Origin: a virus | Lineage: Duplodnaviria > Heunggongvirae > Uroviricota > Caudoviricetes | Length of the DNA: 12,401 bases | Virus record (IMG/VR): IMGVR_UViG_2597490253_000016 | Direction: 5' to 3' (one strand) | Shown here: in pieces, positions 1-7,629 of the stretch | Layout: each line of letters begins with the position of its first letter | Numbering within the stretch: position 1 is the first letter of the stretch | Notes under the pieces: generated by a model | Seen by the model: only the letters and a program-made list of their open reading frames with translations | Database searches by the model: none | What the model was told of the DNA's origin: nothing | Made by a program: the position numbers and the translations under genes

Positions 1-63
1 TCACTCCAACTCCCTATAGTAGCGCCCCGTTGCCACCTATGAGGTCTGGCAGCAAAACAATTT

Positions 64-151
64 GGTGAGGTGTCCGAGTGGCTGAAGGAGCACGCCTGGA
101 AAGTGTGTATACGGCAACGTATCCGGGGTTCGAATCCCCGCCTCACCGCCA
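64..151 (+). tRNA. serW: tRNA-Ser, anticodon GGA, with encoded CCA end
   Basis: 88-nt sequence GGTGAGGTGTCCGAG...CCTCACCGCCA with 7-bp acceptor stem, long variable arm typical of tRNA-Ser, and anticodon stem CACGC/GUGUG around loop CUGGAAA (anticodon GGA). Matches my recollection of E. coli serW/serX; the position next to clpA argues for serW. Confidence 0.93.
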
Positions 152-164
152 TCTTTAAAGAAGA

Positions 165-191
165 GCTCGTACGAAAGTACGGGCTTTTTTT
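165..191 (+). terminator. Rho-independent terminator downstream of tRNA-Ser
   Basis: 8-bp stem GCTCGTAC/GTACGGGC (one G-U pair) with GAAA tetraloop, followed by a run of seven T (185-191). Confidence 0.8.
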
Positions 192-213
192 GTATGCGGT
201 GGGCATGGCGCGC

Positions 214-242
214 ATAAAAAGGCCCAACCACATGGCCAGGCC
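214..242 (-). terminator. Putative intrinsic terminator of the cas operon, downstream of cas6f
   Basis: Minus-strand reading GGCCTGGCCATGTGGTTGGGCC can form a roughly 9-bp GC-rich stem (with G-U pairs) and tetraloop, followed by TTTTTAT; lies about 20 nt after the cas6f stop. Not folded computationally. Confidence 0.5.
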
Positions 243-261
243 TGTTAAAAATTGCAAAGCA

Positions 262-816
262 TCAAAACCAGGGAATAGTGGCGGTTGCGCTTAATCCATA
301 ACTACTAAATTCCCCTTTAACCGGTTCTTTGAGCAAATCACCATGACGGATAAACAACTTGAACAGTTGCTGACTCGACAAACTCTTCATATTGAGAAAA
401 GGTAAATCAGTCCGCTGTTCAGCCTGCGTCGCCAGTCGTTCAATTGCCTGTTCTTCAGTTAGCCAGCCTTTTTTCACTGAACGCCTTAACAGACGCTGAG
501 GGTTACTTTTAACCTGCACGCGGCTTACTACTCGCCAGCCTTTTATTTCTGGAACGGGAGTGACAGGTGAACATTGGCAATAGTCCGTTAGTCCTTTACG
601 CCACGTTGAGGCTTCAAGCGCCTGCAATGCCTGGGCGCTACCATGCAAGCGTAAACGCGCTCCAGGCATAACATTTACGTCAGGGAAACTCACGCCGATA
701 TCGCCTTGCCCTCTTGCACCTAATACCCGATGCAGTTTTGCAAATAACGCCGCCATCAACATTTCGCTCGAAAATTCAGGATCTGGCAGAACGCGGATCT
801 CAAGGTAGTGATCCAT
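262..816 (-). CDS. cas6f: Cas6f (Csy4) crRNA-processing endoribonuclease
   Basis: ORF-track protein contains MDHYLEIRVLPDPEF...GVSFPD...SRVQVKSNP...FKLFIRHG...YGLS...IPWF, co-linear with Csy4 as I recall it. I place the start at the second in-frame ATG (814-816) because it aligns with the Csy4 N-terminus and has an AAGGAG Shine-Dalgarno 6 nt upstream; the ORF-track start at 858 would add 14 residues. Stop TGA at 262-264. Confidence 0.9.
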   Translation of the reverse strand: MDHYLEIRVLPDPEFSSEMLMAALFAKLHRVLGARGQGDIGVSFPDVNVMPGARLRLHGSAQALQALEASTWRKGLTDYCQCSPVTPVPEIKGWRVVSRVQVKSNPQRLLRRSVKKGWLTEEQAIERLATQAEQRTDLPFLNMKSLSSQQLFKLFIRHGDLLKEPVKGEFSSYGLSATATIPWF

Positions 817-826
817 TGGCAGCTCC

Positions 827-1828
827 TTATTCCGATTTCTCACCAAAGACACCGCCACGGATCAGCACAGCCATCACGTAGTGCTGCTGCTCAACGTCTG
901 GTTTCATCCCTTTAGTCACCCAATTGTCCAGTAAGGTATAAAAGTCGAGTTTTTCTTTCGGTTGACGGCAGGCCACACCGCGACTGGTTACAGAACCGTA
1001 AGGTTCCACGGCTATAGCCCCCAATTCATCAACCTTTGGATGCCAGGTATCAATGGTACGTAAAGCATTGCCAATCTTCTGAGAGTGAATACCGGCAATG
1101 CCAGCCACCTGGTATAACACGCGACTTTTACTACTGTTGCTGTCGAGTACCAGCTCCTGCGACGGAAAAACTTCTTGCCCGGCACCAAGACGAACCTGCG
1201 CTTCAACGGTAAGCATCACCCACTCTTTTGCGCTTAATCCTTGCTCTATAATGGCCGCCAGCTGCGTGACCGCTGCCTGTCCCTGGTCAAATTGACGTAA
1301 AGAGAAGTCATGGCTGTTAAAAGTCCATGACGTCTCGTTAGCAGTCACTTTCACCTGGATCTGTTCGGCACCAATGCGGTTGCGCCACAGAAAACGACCA
1401 TTTGCCAGATTCAGCGCATAGCGAAGCGCCAGCTCTTTAAAGCCATGTTCGCTGATGTAACCTTCAATGACCCCGGAAAGCGCCTCCTGGTAAGCCATAT
1501 CATTACATACTGACGGTGTGGATAAATTACCCAGCACACGCAGCGTAAACACCACCTTTAACGTATCCGTATCTACCGGAAGCGAAGCCACATCCACCCG
1601 TTGCAGGTTGGCTTTTTGGATTTCAGCATCCAGTTTTGTGGGATCGCTGACAATGGCATTTTTCAGGCGATTAGAGATGGTTCCGCGGACCGCTTTCTCC
1701 TGAATCTCAATGGGTTGCCATTCATTTCCTTGCCAGTTACCTGCGTACATTACCGCGTCAGAGGTTGCCAGTTTGCGCTCAAATGCCAGTACCGACGCCG
1801 TTTTTATTGCTACAGGAGCCTTTGCCAT
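827..1828 (-). CDS. csy3: Csy3 / Cas7f, backbone subunit of the type I-F Csy (Cascade) complex
   Basis: 333-aa ORF with [94 protein letters not shown], recognisably Csy3-like. AAGGA Shine-Dalgarno upstream of ATG 1826-1828. Confidence 0.93.
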   Translation of the reverse strand: MAKAPVAIKTASVLAFERKLATSDAVMYAGNWQGNEWQPIEIQEKAVRGTISNRLKNAIVSDPTKLDAEIQKANLQRVDVASLPVDTDTLKVVFTLRVLGNLSTPSVCNDMAYQEALSGVIEGYISEHGFKELALRYALNLANGRFLWRNRIGAEQIQVKVTANETSWTFNSHDFSLRQFDQGQAAVTQLAAIIEQGLSAKEWVMLTVEAQVRLGAGQEVFPSQELVLDSNSSKSRVLYQVAGIAGIHSQKIGNALRTIDTWHPKVDELGAIAVEPYGSVTSRGVACRQPKEKLDFYTLLDNWVTKGMKPDVEQQHYVMAVLIRGGVFGEKSE

Positions 1829-1838
1829 AATTATGTCC

Positions 1839-2762
1839 TTATTCTAAATCGTCATATTCATTAAAGGTAAAATCATCAACAACTGGCGTTGCCGAACAAT
1901 AGTAGCCAGTGTCCGTTGTGCGGTAACGCCACATCAGCGCTTGCAAGTCTGTAGTGCGATGTAATCCGCGCCATTCGCCAATGCCATATACCGCTTCAGC
2001 AAAGGCAAATGGCGTCACGGTGTCGCGCGCATTTTCAACTTCACCGGGTGCGTAAACAGGAGAAATGCGTTGGTAGCCACACATTAACGGTACCAGGAAA
2101 CCAGGTATTGGCTTCGGCTGGTATACCCATTTTGCGCTGTTGTCTTCAGCCGGAGATTCGGCCTGATATTTAATCGCGGCGAAATCAAGCCAGGCATCCA
2201 GCAACGAGATGTCGGGATGTTGTTGGTGATGTTCAGCCAGCCATTCACTGCGATCGTAAAGCGCATAACCCGGCATTAACCGCCAGACGATTTTACGCAG
2301 TTGCTTTTCATCTTCAGGCGCATGAAAAAGCTGCGGATCGCGCATACTGACAATGCTGCCGCCCGCCAGTTTGTGGCTCTGGCAAAGCATTTTCAGATAG
2401 TCACAAAGAACTTTTCTGCCATATTCACCATTGGTGATTTCGCCATTACATTCAATCAGTAGAGAAACCGTCAAGTGCATGCGGCCCTCTTCATTGAACG
2501 AGGCGGTTTTACCTTCTCTGGTTAATGGGTTACGGGTGAGAGCGAACTAAAAATCGCGCCCAGAGCTGTACGCCTGAATATGCTGTTCATGGCTTACTAC
2601 CGCACAACCATCAAAACTTACGCCAAATTCATCCACGACTTTGCGAGAAAGCGCATGGACATAACCGAGAAAATGGGTCATCGACGGGAATCCCCAGGTC
2701 AACCCGGAGACAGCGTTAGCGTTTTCGATGCGTATATGGGGTAACAAGAGCAGATAACTCAT
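1839..2762 (-). pseudogene. csy2: Csy2 / Cas5f interrupted by an in-frame amber (TAG) codon at 2547-2549
   Basis: Two ORF-track fragments (2547..2762, 71 aa; 1839..2480, 213 aa) are in the same frame. Translating the gap by hand gives ...[37 protein letters not shown]..., so Cas5f-like similarity runs straight through the stop (plus-strand cta at 2547-2549). Full length would be 307 codons. The ATG (2762-2760) overlaps the csy1 stop in an ATGA arrangement. A sequencing error or amber suppression cannot be excluded from sequence alone. Confidence 0.7.
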
Positions 2763-4066
2763 TTCAGCGCCTCCTGCAAAACAGCTTCCATTTCACGCAT
2801 CCGTTGAGCGAACAGAGACTGGCTGCGCCACTCTTTTTGTTCGACAGCGCCTACGTCAAAACTGGATTTTTTCAGGCGATAGTTCAGCCAGCGTGCGAAA
2901 TCATCGGCGACAGTTACTTGCCAGTCGTTTTTCTCACGCTCCTGTTTGAAAGTCTCATCTGAGAGGCTTCGCCACGGGTCCAGCCAAAGTTGTTGGTGGC
3001 GAGGTAAGTCTGGTGATTGTGCGGACCATCCCTGCCATTTTTCTTGCTGAAAAGCGGATGCCTGCATGAACAGCAAATCGATCAACTCATCAATATATTT
3101 CGCCCGCACAGTTCGGATATGGACATTATTTATGTCAACCTTCAGTAAGTAGGTCATCTGGGCGACAATGCCTGAAGCCGCCCGATTGAAATCGCCGCGT
3201 AGGGAAAAAATACTGCGCATGTTTTGTGGCGCGCGATCCAGCGTCGCCCAGGTGGGCGGCATTGACGGCAACAGCCAGACACGGCCACCCCGCACACTAT
3301 TGAGCAAAGAAATATTCTGCGGTTTTGTGCCGCCAAAATGCATTTCGGCAAGATTAGGAAACCAGATATCTGGCTGGGAGTGCCATTTTCCTGCTTTGCG
3401 GGCATCGCGAATGGCTTTCGACTCCTCACTAAAGCGCACGGCGGTTAGCTTTTCATACATCGCCTGCGCCAGTGAACTGGAAAACAGTGGGCATAACAGG
3501 TGATAACCATCCGCAACAGGGAAATAGATTTGTTTCGCCAGTTTATGGCTGGAAGGCCGTCCAGTAGTCCATGCCTGGCTAAACCCAGCTACCCACAGCT
3601 CCAGTTGCACTTTATCCTCTGCAAACGTACTTAATGCCTGATAATCACCACGCTTCAGGCTGGCAAGCAGTGAATCTCCGTTCACATCGGTTTGTAGCAA
3701 CTTTGCTACGTCAAGTGCAGCGGCGTTACCAATCGCGTCAGTAGCGACATTCGCCAACGATGCTGTGTTTAAATAGCTTTCGTTAGCGGAGGTTTCCAGA
3801 TAAAAGCTACTGGCTTTAGAATCACCATGACTGAATTTAGCGCCATGAGTGACTAATTTGATTTGCCCGGCACGCTTTGCCGCATCCGTTAACCAGTTAC
3901 GTGGCAAGTAGCGTGCTTCGAGTTCCTGCCGCTCCTGAGCGATAACGCTGGCGTCCTCGCCCTGTTCCACTCGCTTTGCGGCTTCTTTTTCAAAGGCATC
4001 GATTTTGGGTTGCCTTCGCGAAGCGATGTATTCAGTAATAAATTGTATTAGCGCCGTTTTTTCCAT
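2759..4066 (-). CDS. csy1: Csy1 / Cas8f, large subunit of the type I-F Csy complex
   Basis: 435-aa ORF immediately upstream of csy2 with ATGA overlap; size and operon position match Csy1 (about 434 aa in Pseudomonas aeruginosa). Strong AAGGAG Shine-Dalgarno 6 nt upstream of ATG 4064-4066. Confidence 0.9.
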   Translation of the reverse strand: MEKTALIQFITEYIASRRQPKIDAFEKEAAKRVEQGEDASVIAQERQELEARYLPRNWLTDAAKRAGQIKLVTHGAKFSHGDSKASSFYLETSANESYLNTASLANVATDAIGNAAALDVAKLLQTDVNGDSLLASLKRGDYQALSTFAEDKVQLELWVAGFSQAWTTGRPSSHKLAKQIYFPVADGYHLLCPLFSSSLAQAMYEKLTAVRFSEESKAIRDARKAGKWHSQPDIWFPNLAEMHFGGTKPQNISLLNSVRGGRVWLLPSMPPTWATLDRAPQNMRSIFSLRGDFNRAASGIVAQMTYLLKVDINNVHIRTVRAKYIDELIDLLFMQASAFQQEKWQGWSAQSPDLPRHQQLWLDPWRSLSDETFKQEREKNDWQVTVADDFARWLNYRLKKSSFDVGAVEQKEWRSQSLFAQRMREMEAVLQEALK

Positions 4067-4208
4067 ATCGGCTCCTTTTCGTTAATCCATCAAGTCGAAG
4101 TTGCTCCCTGATTTCACTGAAAAATCTCCGTAGCCCAACATGGCTTCAGTACAACTGACATACACAGCAAAAGGGACAACACCAGTGGTGATCACACAAA
4201 CAAACTCT

Positions 4209-4235
4209 CCTAGAGATATCTTCTAAAAGATATTA
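4209..4235. promoter_or_regulatory. Putative operator: CC-PAM-flanked partial protospacer matching the seed of the mini-array spacer, overlapping an inverted repeat
   Basis: Plus strand CC(4209-4210)-TAGAGaTATCTtC(4211-4223) is identical to mini-array spacer positions 1-13 except positions 6 and 12. Overlaps inverted repeat ATATCTT-N4-AAGATAT (4216-4233) in an AT-rich region about 145 bp upstream of the csy1 start. Confidence 0.4.
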
Positions 4236-4282
4236 TTAAATCTCATGTAATCACCATAGGTGATATTAAAGCAACTTAATAT

Positions 4283-4311
4283 TTGCCACGCAATAGTTGA
4301 AGCACTAACAT
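4283..4311 (+). promoter_or_regulatory. Candidate sigma70 promoter for the crRNA-like RNA
   Basis: TTGCCA (4283-4288, 5/6 match to TTGACA), 17-bp spacer, TAACAT (4306-4311, 4/6 match to TATAAT); predicted start near 4318, at the start of the first degenerate repeat. Motif match only. Confidence 0.25.
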
Positions 4312-4317
4312 ACCCAA

Positions 4318-4392
4318 ACTGCCTTGAGCAGCTTAGAAATAGAGGTATCTCCGGATACGGACTTGTAAACTGCCGTACAGGCAGCTCGCGCC
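4318..4392 (+). ncRNA. crRNA-like RNA gene: degenerate two-repeat mini-array (psiR1-psiS-psiR2), candidate CreR/CreA-type regulator
   Basis: psiR1 4318-4339 ACTGCC-TTGA-GCAGCTTAGAAA (last 12 nt identical to the repeat 3' end, including the 8-nt 5' handle CTTAGAAA). psiS 4340-4364 TAGAGGTATCTCCGGATACGGACTT (25 nt). psiR2 4365-4392 GTaaACTGCCGTACAGGCAGCTcgcgcc (20 of the first 22 positions match; Cas6f hairpin CTGCCGTACAGGCAG intact). Opposite strand to the main array and cas genes; ends 3 nt before the cas3 stop codon. Confidence 0.55.
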
Positions 4393-4395
4393 CCA

Positions 4396-7300
4396 TCACA
4401 TGTTGCGAAACACACCTAACCAGGGGTGATAACGCCAGTCATCGACCGCATCTTCTTCACTGACGGGTACTCTCACCTCCGCAAACTTTTCCCCAACGTT
4501 TGCTATCTCACAACTTTGCTTATCAGCTAAATTCAACAAAACGTGTTGGTAATCCATCACGCCCCAGCAAGCGACGCCGCTGGCGCATCTCACCTCTTCT
4601 CGCCTGAAATTCCCTTGCGCTTTACGCTCGTTGTCGCCCGTGCGGGAATAGAAACGCGCTTCGCTTTCTTCATCATCCATATGCAGAAAAAACACCGCCT
4701 CCGGCAAAGGGGAATAACGAAATGGCGTCTGGCGCTGCATCCAGCCGTTCCAGCTTAGCGGTGCACGCCACCATTGCGCCGCCACCACATGTTTGCTTTT
4801 ACTGCTCATCAATTCGGCGGATAAACGACTATGTTCTAGCTCCGCCAGTTTGTTGGCATTATTGGCAGACAGGATCCGCGGCAAGGCGTTAATCGTCCGG
4901 TAGTCCGCGATCGGAATCAGTTCGCAAATATCGTGGCTATTCAGCAAGTGTTCTTTTGTTTCGAAACCAGGCTTACAAAATGCGGGGGCTTTTTTCTGCA
5001 ATGATTTGATATTGCTACGCAAAATAACCAGATTCTCACTGGTCGGCACATTTCTACGGTGGCGCTGAATACGTCCGGCAAATTGAATTATCGAACGCAT
5101 GGAGCTTGGTTCGATAATTCCCCAGTCCGCATCCCAGTCACGCCCCACTTCTATAACCGATGTCCCCAACACCACAAACAGATGGTGCGATTCCGGACGG
5201 TTATGTAAGGCATCTGCGATATCTTCGTTGTTCCAGAAATCGAGTTCGTTATGACGAGTAAAAGCGCGATCCAGTCGCTTCTCAATATCTGAACGCACCG
5301 CCAGCGGATGTCGGGAGTGGTAAACACAGTAATGAATGCAGACATCTTCTGGTGAAGGAATGGCAATCAGGGCTTTGGTCACCGCAACCAGTGGATTGAT
5401 ATTCGCGAAGCGCACCAGGCCCAGCGAAACGGTTTTACCGCTTTCGTGTCGCTGGCGATGCGCCTGATGCAACTTCAGCATTTGCGTATGCACCGTCTGG
5501 GCCACACTTTCGGTAACATCTTGTATCGCGCCTGATGCTGATGAAACCGAAGCTACACGCCCGAAATGCAGTCGTTCTTTTTCAGCCAGCATTACCGCTC
5601 GTCGTGCAACAAATTTGGCATGAGCATCACGAAACCCAGGTCCGTCGTAAATTTGCGTGGCATCAGCATCTTTTTCATCAAACCAGGCGCAGCATATATT
5701 GACAGGCCTGCCGTTGATACCACAAGACGCCTGCCACATTTTTCGCCCAGCAAGATAAGCCGCGAACAGCGCCTGAATCAAACCTGGCGGTAACGTCGCG
5801 GAAGAAAGTAATACCCGCGTTCCCAGCATCCCGGCCCAGTTCATCAATCGACATACCGCATGAAGATCAGCAATATCAAAGTCATCAGGTTCGTCGAGCA
5901 CTAAATCGCTGGTTAACAGGCGCAACATCGCCGGAAGCTGTTTCCCGCCTCGCACGCCCTCGGTCGCGGAAATAAGATGATCAATCGTCGAGACCAGAAT
6001 CGGCGCGCTTACTAACTCCTTAAGTTTGCTGTCATCCTTCAACCATTTTTCCAGCGCCCCGGTATGCAGGCTGCCTTCGTACTTAACGAACTGTTGCTCC
6101 TCTGCCGGCGACTCTTGCGAAGCACTTCCGCAATCATTGTCTATTTTTTCCTGTTGCCACAGTTGATTAACTGCCGCCGAACCAATCAGTACCGCCAGCT
6201 CATCCTCACCCAGCCCAAGCCGACTGCGCAGAGCATCGCCGGTTTGTAAAGTCAGCGTGCGCAATCCCAGCGCAACGGTAAAGCGGCACCCTTCTCGCTC
6301 GTCGGCAAGTGCATACATAATGCGGGCGTTCGCAAAGGTTTTACCACACCCCGTCGAGGCCATATTGACGCCGAAAAATCCCTCTTCACGACTTCGTTCA
6401 CGTAACGCTCGCGCCACATCCCAGGCTTTATCTTGCCAGCGATAATTCACATCTGTAGCCCGCTGGCTAAAACCTTTATGTCGGGCAATTGCCGGAAGCG
6501 ATGCCCGTGTGTGCATCAGTTGCCGCCCAAGCAGATACGCATGATGCGCGACGCCCACAAGGTGTTCGTCTACCCGTTGTTTGAGCGTGCCGCTTTGGCG
6601 ATCGCTATTTGCCCAGACGATATAATCCGGGTCCTGCCATTTTTGCTGCGCATCGCTTGAGGAATAGTAATGATCGGCAAGCATCAGACAAAAACGCGCC
6701 ATATGTAAGGGGAACAACTGTTCCATCTGCCCATATGTCTTTAAACCGAGCGCGTTGCTTGCCCGGCGGGCTATCTGACGCGCTTTTTCCCGCCAGCTCG
6801 CGCTTTGAAGCGGCGTTCCTGATGGAAACTGCCAGACGTGCGCAAAATCCTGTTGTGACCAGTCATCTCTGCGGTGGTTAACGGCATTCCAGTCAGCATT
6901 AAGTTGCTTCTCCAGCCAACTTTCACACCCTTTACATGATTGTTCCGACTGTGGAGAAAGATTCTCCGGCATTCGATGATGGGAAAGGATCAGCCAGCCT
7001 ACCGTTTTGGCTAATGGTTGCAGCGAACTGAACGGGCTATTTGAAAATTGAGGAGTGTCTTTTTGCAGGCGCTCAAGAATCGCAGATTCATCATCTGCCG
7101 TGAGTTCGCCAAGCTTCGCCAGCCACACATCGTCGGGCCGCTCACCGACAAACGTCTGAAAGAGCCGCAGTGAAATCCATTCATGTCGGTAAGGTTGATA
7201 ACTGCGGGTATTCTTTTGAGTCAGGCTTTGCTGAAAGCTGCGTCCTGATTTACCAAAATCATGAAATAGCCCAGCGATAGCCGCCAGCAGTGCAATACTT

Positions 7301-7629
7301 TCCGCGCACTGCCAGCGATTTTCTTCTTTGTTCACCAGGCTGATTTGCGTTGTTCGATTTGTGGGAACGCGGCCTTGAGCATTAAAGCGACGAATATTGC
7401 CGACAATCCACATCAGCTCCGTTTGCCCATTCTTCTTCAGCCAGTGACAAGCCACTGCGGTATTTCGCCTGGCGGTTTTGCGCAGTAAACGGCGGAGTGT
7501 ATTAACGCCTTCCAGAGTAATCACCGTTTGCCATGCTGCGTCACCAGTGCGTTCGGCAAACTGATCAATAATACGGCAGCTTTCCACGCGAGCATTTTTC
7601 GTACAGCGTGAGATAATTAGGACATTCAT
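4396..7629 (-). CDS. cas3: Cas2-Cas3 fusion (type I-F Cas2/3): N-terminal Cas2 domain, HD nuclease, superfamily 2 helicase
   Basis: 1077-aa ORF. HD motif in LLAAIAGLFHDFGKS, Walker A in MASTGCGKT, DExD-like LVLDEPDDFD; N-terminus MNVLIISRCTKNARVE...RNTAVACHW resembles Cas2. Start ATG 7629-7627 overlaps the cas1 stop (ATGA). Length matches I-F Cas2/3 (about 1076 aa in P. aeruginosa). Confidence 0.93.
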   Translation of the reverse strand: MNVLIISRCTKNARVESCRIIDQFAERTGDAAWQTVITLEGVNTLRRLLRKTARRNTAVACHWLKKNGQTELMWIVGNIRRFNAQGRVPTNRTTQISLVNKEENRWQCAESIALLAAIAGLFHDFGKSGRSFQQSLTQKNTRSYQPYRHEWISLRLFQTFVGERPDDVWLAKLGELTADDESAILERLQKDTPQFSNSPFSSLQPLAKTVGWLILSHHRMPENLSPQSEQSCKGCESWLEKQLNADWNAVNHRRDDWSQQDFAHVWQFPSGTPLQSASWREKARQIARRASNALGLKTYGQMEQLFPLHMARFCLMLADHYYSSSDAQQKWQDPDYIVWANSDRQSGTLKQRVDEHLVGVAHHAYLLGRQLMHTRASLPAIARHKGFSQRATDVNYRWQDKAWDVARALRERSREEGFFGVNMASTGCGKTFANARIMYALADEREGCRFTVALGLRTLTLQTGDALRSRLGLGEDELAVLIGSAAVNQLWQQEKIDNDCGSASQESPAEEQQFVKYEGSLHTGALEKWLKDDSKLKELVSAPILVSTIDHLISATEGVRGGKQLPAMLRLLTSDLVLDEPDDFDIADLHAVCRLMNWAGMLGTRVLLSSATLPPGLIQALFAAYLAGRKMWQASCGINGRPVNICCAWFDEKDADATQIYDGPGFRDAHAKFVARRAVMLAEKERLHFGRVASVSSASGAIQDVTESVAQTVHTQMLKLHQAHRQRHESGKTVSLGLVRFANINPLVAVTKALIAIPSPEDVCIHYCVYHSRHPLAVRSDIEKRLDRAFTRHNELDFWNNEDIADALHNRPESHHLFVVLGTSVIEVGRDWDADWGIIEPSSMRSIIQFAGRIQRHRRNVPTSENLVILRSNIKSLQKKAPAFCKPGFETKEHLLNSHDICELIPIADYRTINALPRILSANNANKLAELEHSRLSAELMSSKSKHVVAAQWWRAPLSWNGWMQRQTPFRYSPLPEAVFFLHMDDEESEARFYSRTGDNERKAQGNFRREEVRCASGVACWGVMDYQHVLLNLADKQSCEIANVGEKFAEVRVPVSEEDAVDDWRYHPWLGVFRNM

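Noticed and set aside
15-36. Promoter for the tRNA-Ser gene (TATAGT at 15-20 or TTGCCA at 30-35)
   Set aside because: The matching -35 or -10 partner is either outside the window or a poor match; cannot be supported from this sequence alone.
152-261. Second CRISPR array downstream of cas6f, as in some type I-F loci
   Set aside because: Searched the tRNA-cas6f interval for the repeat or its complement; none present. Only convergent terminator hairpins are seen.
817-858. ORF-track N-terminal extension of cas6f starting at 858 ([14 protein letters not shown]...)
   Set aside because: It would overlap csy3 by 32 nt and precede the conserved MDHYL start of Csy4; the downstream ATG at 816 has an AAGGAG Shine-Dalgarno.
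2481-2549. Frameshift as the cause of the split csy2 ORFs
   Set aside because: Both fragments are in the same frame (codon phase identical at 2547 and 2478); the break is a single TAG codon, so this is a nonsense codon, not an indel.
4114-4161. 15-codon minus-strand mini-ORF (MSVVLKPCWATEIFQ) between the putative operator and csy1, considered as a CreT-like toxin candidate
   Set aside because: No Shine-Dalgarno sequence and no rare-codon or other toxin signature I can recognise; short ORFs of this size occur by chance. Left as a possibility to test, not a call.
4260-4463. 67-aa plus-strand ORF spanning the cas3-csy1 intergenic region and the cas3 3' end
   Set aside because: No convincing ribosome-binding site, overlaps the antisense of cas3, and its sequence is explained by the repeat-like mini-array; treated as spurious.
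4396-7629. Separate cas2 gene, and numerous antisense ORFs inside cas3, csy1 and clpA (for example 3168..3503 +, 9823..10338 +, 11293..11688 +)
   Set aside because: In type I-F, Cas2 is the N-terminal domain of Cas3, so no separate gene is expected. The antisense ORFs lie wholly within well-supported genes on the opposite strand and lack start signals.
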